Shown here in pieces: positions 12,079 through 23,771 of a DNA stretch of 51,752 bases. The notes under the pieces were generated by a model. That model had not been told where the DNA came from. It searched no databases and saw only the letters and a list, made by a program, of their open reading frames with translations. The translations under genes were made by a program, and so were the position numbers. Source of the stretch: Octopus sinensis (lineage: Eukaryota); contig NW_021833950.1 of assembly GCF_006345805.1 (NCBI RefSeq), forward strand, positions 1 through 51,752. Reading direction: 5' to 3'. Position 1 is the stretch's first letter; the number at the start of each line of letters is the position of its first letter.

Positions 12079-12110
<32 letters not shown>

Positions 12111-12403
12111 GCTGACTCTTGAGTCCTGGACGCAAGAGTCATCTTCGTAGTCATAAAGCAAGACAGATGAGTGACAACCTGGCCATTGGTGGTGGTGTAA
12201 CACACCGTAGTAATCATATCTGTTGGGCACGTGGAAGAGAGAGTAATTCAGCAGGAGGACTTAAACGACATGCAAAGATACATGAAGCCCAGTTACAACT
12301 ACAGCCGGCTATTACCAGTAAAGGTTTTAGCTGCCAATTTTGTACAAGACATTGTAGATCTTTAGCTGGGCTAAAAAGTCACATTCGATCACAGCACCAG
12401 TAA
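11575..12403 (+). mobile_element. RTE-like LINE ORF2 3' remnant with C2H2-like fingers, split by (TGTA)n
   Basis: DIEPGDCEAVV...FFKEIIASV resembles the RTE C-terminal segment; CQFCTRHCRSLAGLKSHIRSQH resembles the RTE terminal zinc finger. Confidence 0.6.
11725..12108. repeat. (TGTA)n tetranucleotide microsatellite, about 380 bp
   Basis: Direct. Confidence 0.97.
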
Positions 12404-12736
12404 CAGTTAAGCTTCGTGCAATTGCCATACTCGATAACGAGGGGGCAGCCATAATATATTTATGTACAGAATTTATATACAAGCAACCAAACGCACATAC
12501 GTGTGAATCTGTGTGGGTGTGTGAGTGGGTGAATGTGTGTGTGTATGTGCGTGGGTGTGTATGCGCGCGTGTGCTAAACTACCTCTTGCTTTGATGTCAA
12601 TTTGTCCTGAGCTTAACTTCAATTTGTGCCATTCAAATGTGTATAAGCAAAAGGACAGTTTCTAAGTGGTACGCCATTTCATCGCAGTTTTCCTTCTCCC
12701 TCTGCAGCAACCACCGTTCCTAATTTTCAGCTGAGT

Positions 12737-13255
12737 GGAAACTAAACAGTGACGTCACAAATGTTGCGTATTCAAACAGACAGCTGTCCGGAAACTAAAC
12801 AGTGACGTCACAAATGTTGCGTGTTCAAACAGACAACTGTCCGGAAACTAAACAGTGACGTCACAAATGTTGCGTGTTCAGCCAGACAACTGTCCGGAAA
12901 CTAAACAGTGACGTCACAAATGTTGCGTGTTCAGCCAGACAACTGTCCGGAAACTAAACAGTGACGTCACAAATGTTGCGTGTTCAGCCAGACAACTGTC
13001 CGGAAACTAAACAGTGACGTCACAAATGTTGCGTGTTCAGCCAGACAACCGTCCGGAAACTTAACAATGACGTCACAAATGTTGCGTGTTCAGCCAGACA
13101 ACTGTCCGGAAACTAAACAGTGACGTCACAAATGCTGCGTGTTCAGCCAGACAACTGTCCGGAAACTAAACAATGACGTCACAAATGTTGCGTGTTCAGC
13201 CAGACAACTGTCCGGAAACTAAACAATGACGTCACAAATGTACGTGTTCAGCCAA
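12737..13255. repeat. 53-bp tandem array, about 10 units, each with TGACGTCA
   Basis: TGACGTCA starts at 12750, 12803, 12856, 12909, 12962, 13015, 13068, 13121, 13174 and 13227. Confidence 0.97.
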
Positions 13256-13560
13256 ACTCGAAAACATTCATACCAAACTCGGAAACATGTTTGAAGATCT
13301 ACATGGGAATTGCCAGCGAGCCCTCAGATTCCTACATAGATGGGATCACTCGCAATTACCTCCTTAAAGCAGTTCTCCCAGAGAATTTAATCCCGTAACA
13401 AAGTTACCTGCTTCCTTGCTTCAGGGAACAGAACACCGTATCCGGTCTTAGAAATATTGGGTTAACAGTTTCCGGAATCTTCACATACTTCCACTGATAG
13501 ACATTCAGCCAACAGTGTTTATTGCTACCATTCGGCGAAGAACCTACACAGGTTAACTAA
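13250..13560 (+). mobile_element. Possible highly decayed Ty3/Gypsy gag N-terminal remnant
   Basis: Frameshifted pieces KL.TFIPNSET, GITRNYLLKAVLPE, TPYPVL and LLPFGEEPTQ resemble KLPPFWP..PE, GIT...Y....LP.E, PY..LK and LGD.KPSQ. Confidence 0.3.
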
Positions 13561-13829
13561 CATCATCCTACCAGCCTTGACAAAGATGTCAAAATCATTC
13601 ATTGGTCAAATAAGCTTGTAATGGATAATCACTGCAGATAGTGTCTGCTCTGACCTTTAAAATTTCCTTATATCAACGCTAGCGTCACTTTCCCTTCATC
13701 GGGGTTATAGACAGCTGCTAAGGATGTGCTCCAAGGTAACTCTCTTTGGAATCAAAGAGAATTCTGATAGATCCAATTCTCCTCTGTATATATTATTATT
13801 ATTATATTATTATTATTATTATTATTATA

Positions 13830-14405
13830 GACGTCACACAGTATACAATATCGTGAGATTGATGATTTTGGATATTGTATCTACCGGGGTTTTGTACTGT
13901 TTGTCAAGTAGCAACAAGGACCTCAGACAGACAGCACTTCGCGCAATATGCGTGCAGTTCAAAGTAATGCCGACTTTTGGAATACATCTAGATTGTAGGG
14001 TATTTGTAAGGTTTTCAGATGTTTTGTTAATTATTTTTTTACATTGGGTGGTATTGAACCCAATGCTTCGATGACAGCAAGAATAACCTTTATGATTGAC
14101 CCTCGTAGTTACTACATCTTAGTGATCTCAATTCTCAGGTCTCCATATTCATCAATTGTTTCTCTTTCCTTAATTAAGATATGGTGAGCTCCTGGCACTG
14201 TTACGTAGATTATTAGCCACTCTTGTTTGTCCCTTCTAAAGGTTACTATAGCCGACCTTCGGTCCTCTAACACTTTGTTTGGAAATCAAATTTCCAAAGG
14301 ATTTTTGCCTTCCCCTTTTCGTCCATTGCCTTTTCTGTTGTATGTTGGTAGCAAGCACACGTAACCTCATATCCATCCTTATTACATTGTAGCCAGTGAA
14401 GATTT
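13830..14405 (-). mobile_element. R4/Dong-clade LINE 3' fragment with (AAT)n tail
   Basis: Minus strand FQKSALL*TARILREV, typical of the restriction-like endonuclease C-terminus; ends in (TAT)n at 13790-13829. Confidence 0.75.
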
Positions 14406-14429
14406 GGGATTGCTACTACTACTACTACT

Positions 14430-14985
14430 ATTGAGTGAGACAGCATTGCATGCCATCAAAGTGGCACCGGGGTAAAATATACGAAACGCGGTATACCCAT
14501 CATGCTTACCCCTCTCATAAGGGTACACCAGGTACATGCATCACAACCATTTGTGCGCGAAATGGTGAGCTCATATCAAGATAAACAGCGAATGACCTTG
14601 CATGACCTCGTTAGAATTTTCTTCAGGTCAAGTAGCCTATCATGCTCATGAAGTCCTTAAATAAGGGTTGTTTAAGCACGTTGAAAGAACCACTCATGTT
14701 TCTAGAGTGAATTATTCAAACACCAAAGAATTCCTCTTTACACGTGACTATGAATCTTCCCCACTACCTCTGCTCGTGATCAGAGATGTATATATCGTCA
14801 GCCATTAGAGGACAAGCGCAACTGGTTAACATCAAACAACTGACGAGCAAATCTGTGCTCGTCACTTGTCTTTGAGCAGAATATTTGCTATAGCCTATCA
14901 TTTATACCAAGACGAAACAATGTACATGATAACACTTCAAATCAGTTAAGATCAGAACCCATGAGAGCCATTCCCTTGTACTGCA
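14430..14985 (-). mobile_element. Interspersed repeat ending ...ctcactcaa + trinucleotide tail (possible LINE 3' UTR)
   Basis: The same 3' end recurs at 15240-15342; class assignment is uncertain. Confidence 0.55.
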
Positions 14986-15004
14986 TCGGGGCGTATTATT
15001 ATTC

Positions 15005-15238
15005 GAGCTTGCAGAATCGTCAGCAAGCCCGGCGAAATGCTTAGCGGTATTGTGTCCGTCCTTAGTTTCTGAGTTCCAATTCCGCCGAGGTCGACTTTAT
15101 AGTTCATCATTTCGGGGCCAATACGATAAGTACCAGTTGAACACTGGTTTCGATCTATTCGACTCATCACCTTCCCCAAAATTGCTGCCCTTGTGGAAAC
15201 AATTGAAACCATTTTTATCATCATTATTATTATTATTA
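15005..15238 (+). mobile_element. SINE family B variant with (ATT)n tail
   Basis: ttccgccgaggtcgactt...aagtaccagtt core. Confidence 0.75.
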
Positions 15239-15239
15239 T

Positions 15240-15342
15240 TGAGTGAGAGAGCAGTTCATGCCATCAAAGTGACACTGGGGTAAAATATACGAAGCCCAAT
15301 ATACCCATCATGACTACCTGTCTGATAAAGGTACACCAGGCA
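15240..15342 (-). mobile_element. Short 3' fragment of the 14430 repeat, embedded in (ATT)n
   Basis: Direct similarity to 14430-14535; (ATT)n on both sides. Confidence 0.7.
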
Positions 15343-15884
15343 CTATTATTATTATTACTATTATTATTATTATTATTATTAACCGAGAAACTAACAGGAG
15401 GCAAATTCCGAAATTTGAACAGCTTGTGAAATTAATTTTGAAAGAAAATTTACGTTTACGAGTAAGATACACATACCTGTGTAAATACATCAATACATAA
15501 ACATACATACATACTTATATACATGCATATATACTTGCATACTTACATACATTCATGCATAAATATATACATATTTACATACATATATACATGCATACAC
15601 ACATATATACATACACACACTTATATAGGTATTTAAAGACAGTTTAAAATATCAATGATACTTCAATCATTGGCTTCCTACAGCCGTTTCGATAATTCAC
15701 GAGTATTATTCAAATTATATAATTACATAATTATACAGTAGGTAAATATGTTTTGAAGTATATTTTTCTGTGTATACACAATTACGTGCGCACACACGCA
15801 CACACATCCGCACGCACACACACACACATCGGCGCCCGTACATTCGTTTCTAGACGTAATTGTAAGTTATATTTTTTTTATTGA

Positions 15885-16122
15885 ATGCATAATGCGTGTA
15901 TGTATGTGCATATATATATATGTATATATATATGTATGTATATATGTATATATATATATATATGTCTATATATGTATATATGTATGTATATGTATATATG
16001 TATGTATATATATATATGTCTATATATGTATATATGTATGTATATATGTATGTATATGTCTATATATGTCTATATGTCAATATATGTATATATGTGTATA
16101 TATGTGTATATATGTATATATG

Positions 16123-16161
<39 letters not shown>

Positions 16162-16375
16162 ATATATGTATATATATATATATATGTGTATATATATGTG
16201 TGTATATATATGTATATACATGTGTGTATATATATGTGTGTATATACGTATATGTGTATATATATGTATATATATTTGTATAAATGTATATGTATATATA
16301 TGTTTATCATATATTATAAATATGTATCATATAATGTGTGTGTGAGTGAGTGTAAGTGTGTGTGTGTGTGTAACT
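15885..16375. repeat. (TA)n/(TATG)n/(TG)n compound microsatellite
   Basis: Direct. Confidence 0.9.
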
Positions 16376-16695
16376 GTATGTATGCATGTACGCAGGTATG
16401 TGATTAACTCGCAGCACTAATTCTTCGCAATCCTTCCCTTCCTAATCTGTACATCTGTCTCTGCATTTCACATCTATGCCATTGTCTTTACATTCTGTAT
16501 AAAGATGTTTCAGGTGCGTTTGCTTCTTTATGAGGTTTTTGGTGCCAGCATGAAACCTAGTCTATGTTTATGTATGGCGGTATGTGACAGAGAGGGTCGG
16601 GCGAGAGAAGTAAATGCGTAAAGGTTTTAAATATGAGCGACGTACGCTGGAAGATGTAACGGATATTTAAGTATAAGCGTGTCTTTATAGTGGCA

Positions 16696-16734
<39 letters not shown>

Positions 16735-17169
16735 GCGTACAGAAGGAATTGCATAGAGATAGAGACAGACAAGCAGGCAGTTAGACAGACAGACAGACAA
16801 ATAGTCAAACACACAAACAGGCAGTGCGACAGAGAGATGAATGGATTTGTTACGTGCCTTTCTTTAAAACTATGTCAAACGACACCGACCAAAATTATCA
16901 GCAAATTCAATGATGTTTTGATCAAGTTTTCTTTTATTCTGGCACTGTGTCCTTCGAAATACATTCGATATTTTGTGGGTTGGGGGTGCGCTCATTTATG
17001 AGCTGATTTCCGGGTAACTTGGCCAAACTTCTGAAGTTTTTGCTGTCGGATTATCTTCATTTCCCGCCCTCTTTCAACTCCGCTCATCGCTCATTTTAAG
17101 CACATCAATTCATACACCCTCCGTAGCTTGCTGTCAGTCTAATGCAGTGTCCATATGTTACACTCACAT

Positions 17170-18615
17170 AACGTATGAGTGTAAAAACCCTTGCCTAGCT
17201 GCTGGCTAAGCAAGGCTCTTTAGAAGTTTCTGTTTTACTTTTGCCGAGGATGCAGTTTCTCCCATATTGTACAGAACGACGCCAGGGCAGATATTCGCGC
17301 ATCACGTCTTGAGCAATAATTCCATCAATAATAGAGACCAGGCATTTGATCTTAGCTTCGTTTAGCTCGAATCAATGGCATTGTATTTTAAGATGATCTG
17401 ATTTTTTGGTGGTTACAATGATTTGTATTTGCGAGGCCTTGCTATCTTTTTGAAATTCGAAAAAGTCTCCGCTAACTTTAACAATCAGTCTCTGAATCTC
17501 ATCCTAGGAGATAGTGATCAACCCAATAACATCGGTATAATGAAAGCCATTTTAACGTTAGCTGTTAATGCATTTACCGACTCGGCTTAGAGTCCATTCA
17601 CTGAGCGTTGAAACAGCTCCTCAGAGCTGTTAGTTTCTCTGTTAATAATGATGATGATGATGATAAAAATGGTTTCAAATTTTTCCACAAGGGCAGCAAT
17701 TTTGGGGGGAAGTGATGAGTCGATTAGACTGAATCCAGTGTTCAACTGGTACTTATCGTATTGCACCCGAAAGGATGAAATGGAAAGTCGACCTCGGCGG
17801 AATTTGAAATCAGAACCTAAGGACGGGCACAATACCGCTAAGCAGACAGGTGAAATAAAATGAATTTGTCGAACTCCTTTCCTGATTCTAAACCAATCCG
17901 TAACCTCATGATCTGTTGTAGTAATAGCCTGAGGCCTAGTGTACAGTCTCCTCGAGAAGTCGACTGCTGATCTCTCAGTTTCCGTCATGAGAAACATTAT
18001 CCACCACGGGAACACCGACTCCAAAGCTTTTTTTTTTTTTATGATCGATGAATGTCACGTATATTCGAACATTATCTTCCACGGTGTTCTCCAAAAGAAT
18101 TCTGATATTAGAACTCTGGTTTCTTTCCCTCGTCATCTCTTTATGAAATTTAGTTCCCACTGAAGGCCTCCTTCCAACTCTAAACAACGTTTTTTTTTCC
18201 AGCCAATACATTTAGTTCTGCAGCGTCCAGGCTATTGTAAACATTCTAAGAAGGTCACTGATCTAAGATGACCCATTGGGTTGTTCATCACTCTTCTCCT
18301 GTTCCCTCATATACCTGGGAGTTACTGGATTACAAAGAATTCTGCGCACGGTCTTTATTCGTCTGGTGAAACGACAATAAATAGAAAAATAAGTAAGAAA
18401 ATAACGTCATAAAATTTTTAAAATAAGCACCTCGTATCCATCAGCCAGAGACTAACCTCGTGTGTCCATTAAGTATCTTGTATAGTGTGGTCTTGTGTAC
18501 TTCCTTAATATCTGTAAAGAGCTCATTAACTGCAATGCTACAACTTGAGCAATTTCTGTTACTTGAATTTGTTGTTAGTCTCCATGATTTATCCTCAGTA
18601 TCTTGAGGCACCAAT
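17170..18615 (-). mobile_element. Decayed RTE-clade LINE reverse transcriptase region, interrupted by a SINE
   Basis: Minus strand NIRILLE...YVTFIDHKK, TDWFRIRKGVRQ and DEIQRLIVKVS match RTE RT motifs. Confidence 0.75.
17640..17860 (-). mobile_element. SINE family B variant nested in the RTE
   Basis: aaagtcgacctcggcggaatttgaa core on the plus strand. Confidence 0.8.
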
Positions 18616-18668
18616 ATTTAACATTACCTTCTGGTCATTATGGCTGCCCTTCTAATCCTTAGTCAGAT

Positions 18669-19086
18669 ACTCTTTTTACTCTTTTACTTGTTTCAGTCAT
18701 TTGACTGCGGCCATGCTGGAGCACCACCTTTAATCGAGCAACTCGATCCCTGGACTTATTCTTTTGTAAGCCCAGTACTTATTCTATCGGTCTCTTTTGC
18801 CGAACCAATAAGTAACGAGAGACATAAACACACCAGCATCGGTTGTCAAGCAATGCTAGGGGGACGAACACAGATACACAAACATATACACACACATGCA
18901 GATACATATATGTACATATATACGACAGGCTTCTTTCATTTTCCGTCTACCAAATCCACTCACAAGGCTTTGCTCGGCCCGAGGCTATAGTAGAAGACAC
19001 TTGCCTAAGATGCTACGCAGTGGGACTGAACCCGGAACAATGTGGTTGGTAAACAAGCTACTTACCACACAGCTACTCCTGCACCT
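18669..19086 (-). mobile_element. SINE family A, full length
   Basis: Reverse complement similarity to 3882-4289. Confidence 0.88.
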
Positions 19087-19404
19087 ATGTTAGCTCTCTG
19101 TACATTATTTGCTGAGCTGCAGTCAGGTGCAGTCAGATGCAGAGTACAACATAAAGGGGATGACACATTTAAATAAGTAGATCTTCATCAGAAGGTTGTC
19201 GTGTGGTTAATGTCGGTCATTCCATTACAAACTAGATGCACTTTCCAGGCTTCGATTGCTAAAGACAAAAACGTGGCATTTGTAACATAGACTATTGTGA
19301 GGAAAGATGAGAATTCATTCCTTGCATTATATTGTTATCAAAAGTTTTAATAGCCACAGGTCCCTGGAGTGTGTCCAAGTCACCATCCATCAGTTTAGAC
19401 ATCC

Positions 19405-19628
19405 TATTTCTTTACTACCCACAAGGGGCTAAACATAGAGGGGACAAACAAGGTCAGACACATGGATTAAGTCGATTATATCGACCCCAGTGAGTAACTG
19501 GTACTTATTTAATCGACTCCGAAAGGATGAAAGGCAAAGTCGACCTCGGCGGAATTTGAACTCAGAACCTAACGGCAGACGAAATACCACTAAGCATTTC
19601 GCCCGGCGTGCTAACGTTTCTGCCAGTT
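19405..19628 (-). mobile_element. SINE family B, full length
   Basis: Reverse complement similarity to 9884-10112. Confidence 0.88.
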
Positions 19629-20358
19629 TAGACTTCCGTTGTGCATCCCAAGTGTCTTTTGTTAAATAATGCCATTAGACACCGAAGCCTGATCCGACCA
19701 GATTTATTAAAAGAGTTGGCTCTCTTAGTGATAGGTTCCTCTGAAGCACTCAGAAGCGGTGTGATCGAACGTTTGTTGATTTTCTCCAAGTCAGGCAGCC
19801 TTGAGTCAGAACCATTATCCCAGAGTAACTGAAGATAACAGTATCCTCACCGACAGATAGGTTACTGTAATAGGGCTTAAAGGAAGGTTTCACTCCCATT
19901 GGTCTTAAATCATGCCGGATGTAAACCGACATTTTTCAATACCTAGTACATTTGCTACACAGCCATTGGCGCTAGGTTGGCTTCGTATGTCATTTTAATA
20001 GAGACTACGCCTTATCCCGCTGGATATGTAAACACGCCAGTGCTAACCCAGCATATCCTACAAACCAATCGAGACAGGCGAGATTTAAAGCCGACAAACT
20101 GACAGCACAACACGTCAAACAAGGCTACAGGATACTTGTAGTACTCTTCATCGAAGTGGCTATAGTTATTTGTATATCGATTGCTGAGTACGTCCGAGAA
20201 TCCTAAGATTATAAAAGTGACTCAATAATAGGAAAAGCCGAGTGTGTATTGATAAATCAATGCACACATAAATATGAATGTGGGTGGGGAACAAGTAGGA
20301 AAACAAACAGGAATGTAGAATTCAAAACATGAATGGTGTTGTTATTATTATTGTTATA

Positions 20359-20389
<31 letters not shown>

Positions 20390-20812
20390 TATTTTTGACT
20401 TTTGCTTTATATTTGTACAAGTTGGCTCCAAGTCTCACCCAGAGACCTCAAGAGACAACAGGTTGGAAGTTTGTGATGTTGTTATGCCTAGCGTGCCATA
20501 TATTTGGCTTTGTATTTAGTGTTCTACTAGTGAACGTCAAAAAAAAACGAAAATTATGTCTGTTTTAAACCTTAGGATTACATAGAAAGTATTTTGCGTA
20601 GGATATGAGCAGTTTCCTTAAGCACTATCTTTTGAATTTCTGCCATTTTGGGATTTTCCTGGTATCTGAGTTAGGTGGCGATCATCCCCTTTTGCTATCA
20701 TTCCCAGGGCACCTATGACATCAGGTATTGTTTTAGTCTTCAGGTTCCACATTTTGCTGATTTCTATTTCAAGATCTTTATATTTGCTCAGTTTTTGCTG
20801 AGACACACCCGG
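20390..20812 (-). mobile_element. R4/Dong LINE 3' fragment with (AAT)n tail
   Basis: KLSKYKDLEIEISKMWNLKTKTIPDVIGALGMI; tail at 20345-20388. Confidence 0.85.
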
Positions 20813-20829
20813 CGTCCTGGGGCGAGTGA

Positions 20830-21400
20830 GGGATTAAGTGATGACCCAATATGACTGAAAGCTTGGGCAGGGCAAGTGGCAGAGGCAGTAGCAAAAATAT
20901 CTTTATATAATACAACACAAACATTTTAATTGAGTGTTTTTTTAGGATGTGGGCAGTGCTTTTCAGCACAAACTTTTGGATTCCTCTGAGACATGGTTCT
21001 CCTGGGACGTTATCTATATATTTCTGACATCCCTTTCTTATCATACCTAGGACACCCACAATAACAGGAACAATTCTCGCTCTGAGATGCCACATCTTTT
21101 GTATTTCAATTTCCATGTCCTTCTATTTTTTTCAAATTCCTCTTCTGATATATTTTTGTCAGTGGGAACACTTGCATCTATTAATCTACAAGTATTTTTT
21201 CGCTGTCTTTAATGAGTTTGTCTCGTCGATTAGCATGGATCATTCTGTCAGTGTTGAATTCAAAATCTCAGAGGATAGTGACATTTTTTCCTTCAGCAAC
21301 TGGCTCAGTATGACGTTCATACCAGTAAGCAGCAATGCTGATTTTGTACTGTTTACGTATTTTCCAACGTAAATACTGTCCTACCATATCGTGGCTTTTT
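20830..21400 (-). mobile_element. Second R4/Dong LINE fragment (restriction-like endonuclease domain)
   Basis: HDMVGQYLRWKI...WYERHTEPVAEG...IL*DFEFNTDR...LIDASVPTDKN...EIEIQKMW...VPVIVGVLG. Confidence 0.85.
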
Positions 21401-21419
21401 TGTATTTGTTTGGCGTCAG

Positions 21420-21752
21420 TATTCTTCTTTTTCTTCTTCTTCATTTCTTCTTCTTCTTCTTTTCTTATTCTCCTTCTTTTCTTATTCTCCTTCTTCTATC
21501 TTCTTCTTCTTCTTCTCCTTATCATTCTCCTTCTTCTTTTTCTATCTTCTCCTTCTTCTCCTTCTCCCTTCTTCTTCTCCCTCTTCTTCTCCTTCTCCTT
21601 CTTCTCCTTCTTCTTCTCATTCTCCTTCTATCTTCTATCTTCTTCTTCCTCGTTTTTTCTTCTTCTTCTTATCATCATCATCATCATTATCATTATTATT
21701 ATTATTACTATTATTATTATTATTACTATTATTATTATTATTATTATTATTA
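21420..21752. repeat. (TTC)n-(ATC)n-(ATT)n compound microsatellite
   Basis: Direct. Confidence 0.95.
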
Positions 21753-22425
21753 AGGCGGCCAGCTGGCTGAGACGTGTTACAAATGAACCGCAAAACGAAG
21801 AACTTAGCTCTGTCACGCCTCATTCCTACTAAAGATGGAATAGCTTAAACATCATCTATGCCGGATTCCCGGAAAATTTGATAATAAACAACTCACATAG
21901 AAACAAAAAGCGCAAACGACTGTACCCATGTGACTGCCTGCAATCCTTATTCTTGATCTATATTCGGACCTATTTATTTTTTTGCTCAGGTGCCCAGGTG
22001 GAGGGTAAAATTAGACAAAGGAGCCCAGGTTCGGACAGAGTTAAGTGTTCTGGACTCTAACTTCAGTTTCAGTCAAATTAGCTTGCTATCTTTATTCCTG
22101 TATAGAACATTGGTTAGTGACCAAGTCCACCACCCTAAATATTGAACTCTCTCATCCCATATCTCTTTGCATACATATATCGTATCTTTTATACACATTT
22201 TAGCGTTTGAATTTTGTATCTTAGCTGTTTCAGTCATTAGAATGGGTCCAAGATGGAGGAAAAACCTTCATGTCAAATGAATCGACCCCGGTACATGTCA
22301 TTTTTCATTAGCCAAGTACTTATTATTCTATCGGTCACTTTTGGCGAACCATTAGGTTATGAGAACTTAAATGCACAAACACAAGCTTCCATGCAATATG
22401 GAGACCAAATACAAGCACAAACCCA

Positions 22426-22506
<81 letters not shown>

Positions 22507-22519
22507 TATATATAATTAT

Positions 22520-22712
22520 AAGTAAGGGCAAAAGAAAAAAATTCTAATGTCGAAAATAGACACTACGTTAATAACCATGTAAGTTATCACTACAAGCACG
22601 TGTTTCAAAGAAAGCCGACAGAAATTTCTAAAAAATCCCGTTATTATCATATCGGACCCTATTTCAGAGTTAGTTCATAAGAACCTTCTCTTCATCAGTG
22701 ATAAATGATATA
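22520..22712 (-). mobile_element. Short HHR-bearing repeat (long stem II family), inside (TA)n
   Basis: Reverse complement aligns to 31060-31270 (ttagaaatttctgtcg, cattagaa...gccctta). Confidence 0.7.
22644..22704 (-). ncRNA. Type I hammerhead ribozyme, intact core, AUA cleavage triplet
   Basis: UUAUCA-CUGAUGA-AGAG...GUUC-UUAU-GAAC...CUCU-GAA-AUAGGGUCCGAU-A-UGAUAA; 6-bp stem I. Confidence 0.75.
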
Positions 22713-22849
22713 TAAATATATATATATATATATTCTCCAAGGAATTCAAAGGGTAGCGTAATCCAAGAGAAGGGTAATCCGATGTAGAGAAATCCAAGAA
22801 TTAGGTACTCGAAATCGTCTTTGCAAGGACGTAGAATATCCGTGTGATA

Positions 22850-23200
22850 TTGAAAGAACACAAGGACACACATATGGAATGTATTAGCTTGACCCTCAGT
22901 AAAATTGGAAATAAGAGTGGGTCTTTTACATGTTAAGCATAGCTCTTCGGGAAAAAAATGATAAAAGAAAGGTCTGGAGAAAAAAGTCAAACTAAAGGGT
23001 TTAGGAAAAGCAGTGTGGTTATATGTGGACGCTTTCCCTTGTCTGTTTCTTCTCCGGACCTTTCCTTTCTCCTCCTTCTGACGAAGAGCTATGCTCGAAA
23101 CGTCAGAAAAACTCTATTTTTCCATTATTTCTGAACGTCAAGCTAATGCATTCCATATAAACGTCCTTTTGTTTTTCCATTATCTAAAAAAATGTTTAAT
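22850..23200. mobile_element. Head-to-head inverted pair of GAGC-stem HHR repeats
   Basis: Reverse complement of about 22850-22990 aligns to 23040-23200 (tctcc[a/g]gacctttc; gaagagctatgct; gtcaagctaat). Confidence 0.7.
23074..23108 (+). ncRNA. Minimal hammerhead motif, intact core
   Basis: UU-CUGACGA-A-GAGC-UAU-GCUC-GAAAC-GUC-AG; palindromic stem III, very short stem I. Confidence 0.6.
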
Positions 23201-23426
23201 GTTCATTCATATATATAAATGTGTGTGTGTGTGTGTATACACACACGCATGCATAACTATGTGTATAAAAGGAAGTAATAATAATTTATGACTGATGCGC
23301 CTGAGTGATTCAGTGTAAGAAAGAGACAGCAGAATCATTTTCAGAAAATATAAACTTGTACAGAAAATATAAATTTTTACTACTTTAGTGACGAAACTTT
23401 ATTACGGTTTATGCTTATTTATCCCT

Positions 23427-23771
23427 TACTCTCTTTTTACTCTTTTACTTGTTTCAGTCATTAGACTGCGGCCATGCTGGAGCACCGCCTTTAGTCGAGC
23501 AAATCAACCCCCCGGGATTTATTCTTTGTAAGCCCAGTACTTATTCTATCGGTCTCTTTTGCCGAACCGCTAAGTGACGGGGACGTAAACACACCAGCAT
23601 CGGTTGTCAAGCAATACTAGAGGGACAAACACAGACACACACACAAACACACACACATACATACATATATATATATACATATATACGACAGGCTTCTTTC
23701 AGTTTCCGTCTACCAAATCCACTCACAAGGCATTGGTCGGCCCGAGGCTATAGCAGAAGACACTTGCCCAA
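23427..23771 (-). mobile_element. SINE family A, head missing
   Basis: Similarity to other family A copies. Confidence 0.85.

Noticed and set aside
12664-12676. TGGTACGCC as a primer-binding site upstream of the array
   Set aside because: It does not match any tRNA 3' end I can recall, and no LTR is visible.
12737-13255. 53-bp array as a CRISPR array
   Set aside because: The units are contiguous with no unique spacers, the context is eukaryotic, and no cas genes are present.
14841-14864. 9-bp-stem hairpin tgacgagca/tgctcgtca
   Set aside because: It lies inside a decayed repeat and is probably a local template-switch product.
19630-20270. Possible 5' region of an RTE element on the minus strand
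   Set aside because: Only a faint TWD motif resemblance; not enough to classify.
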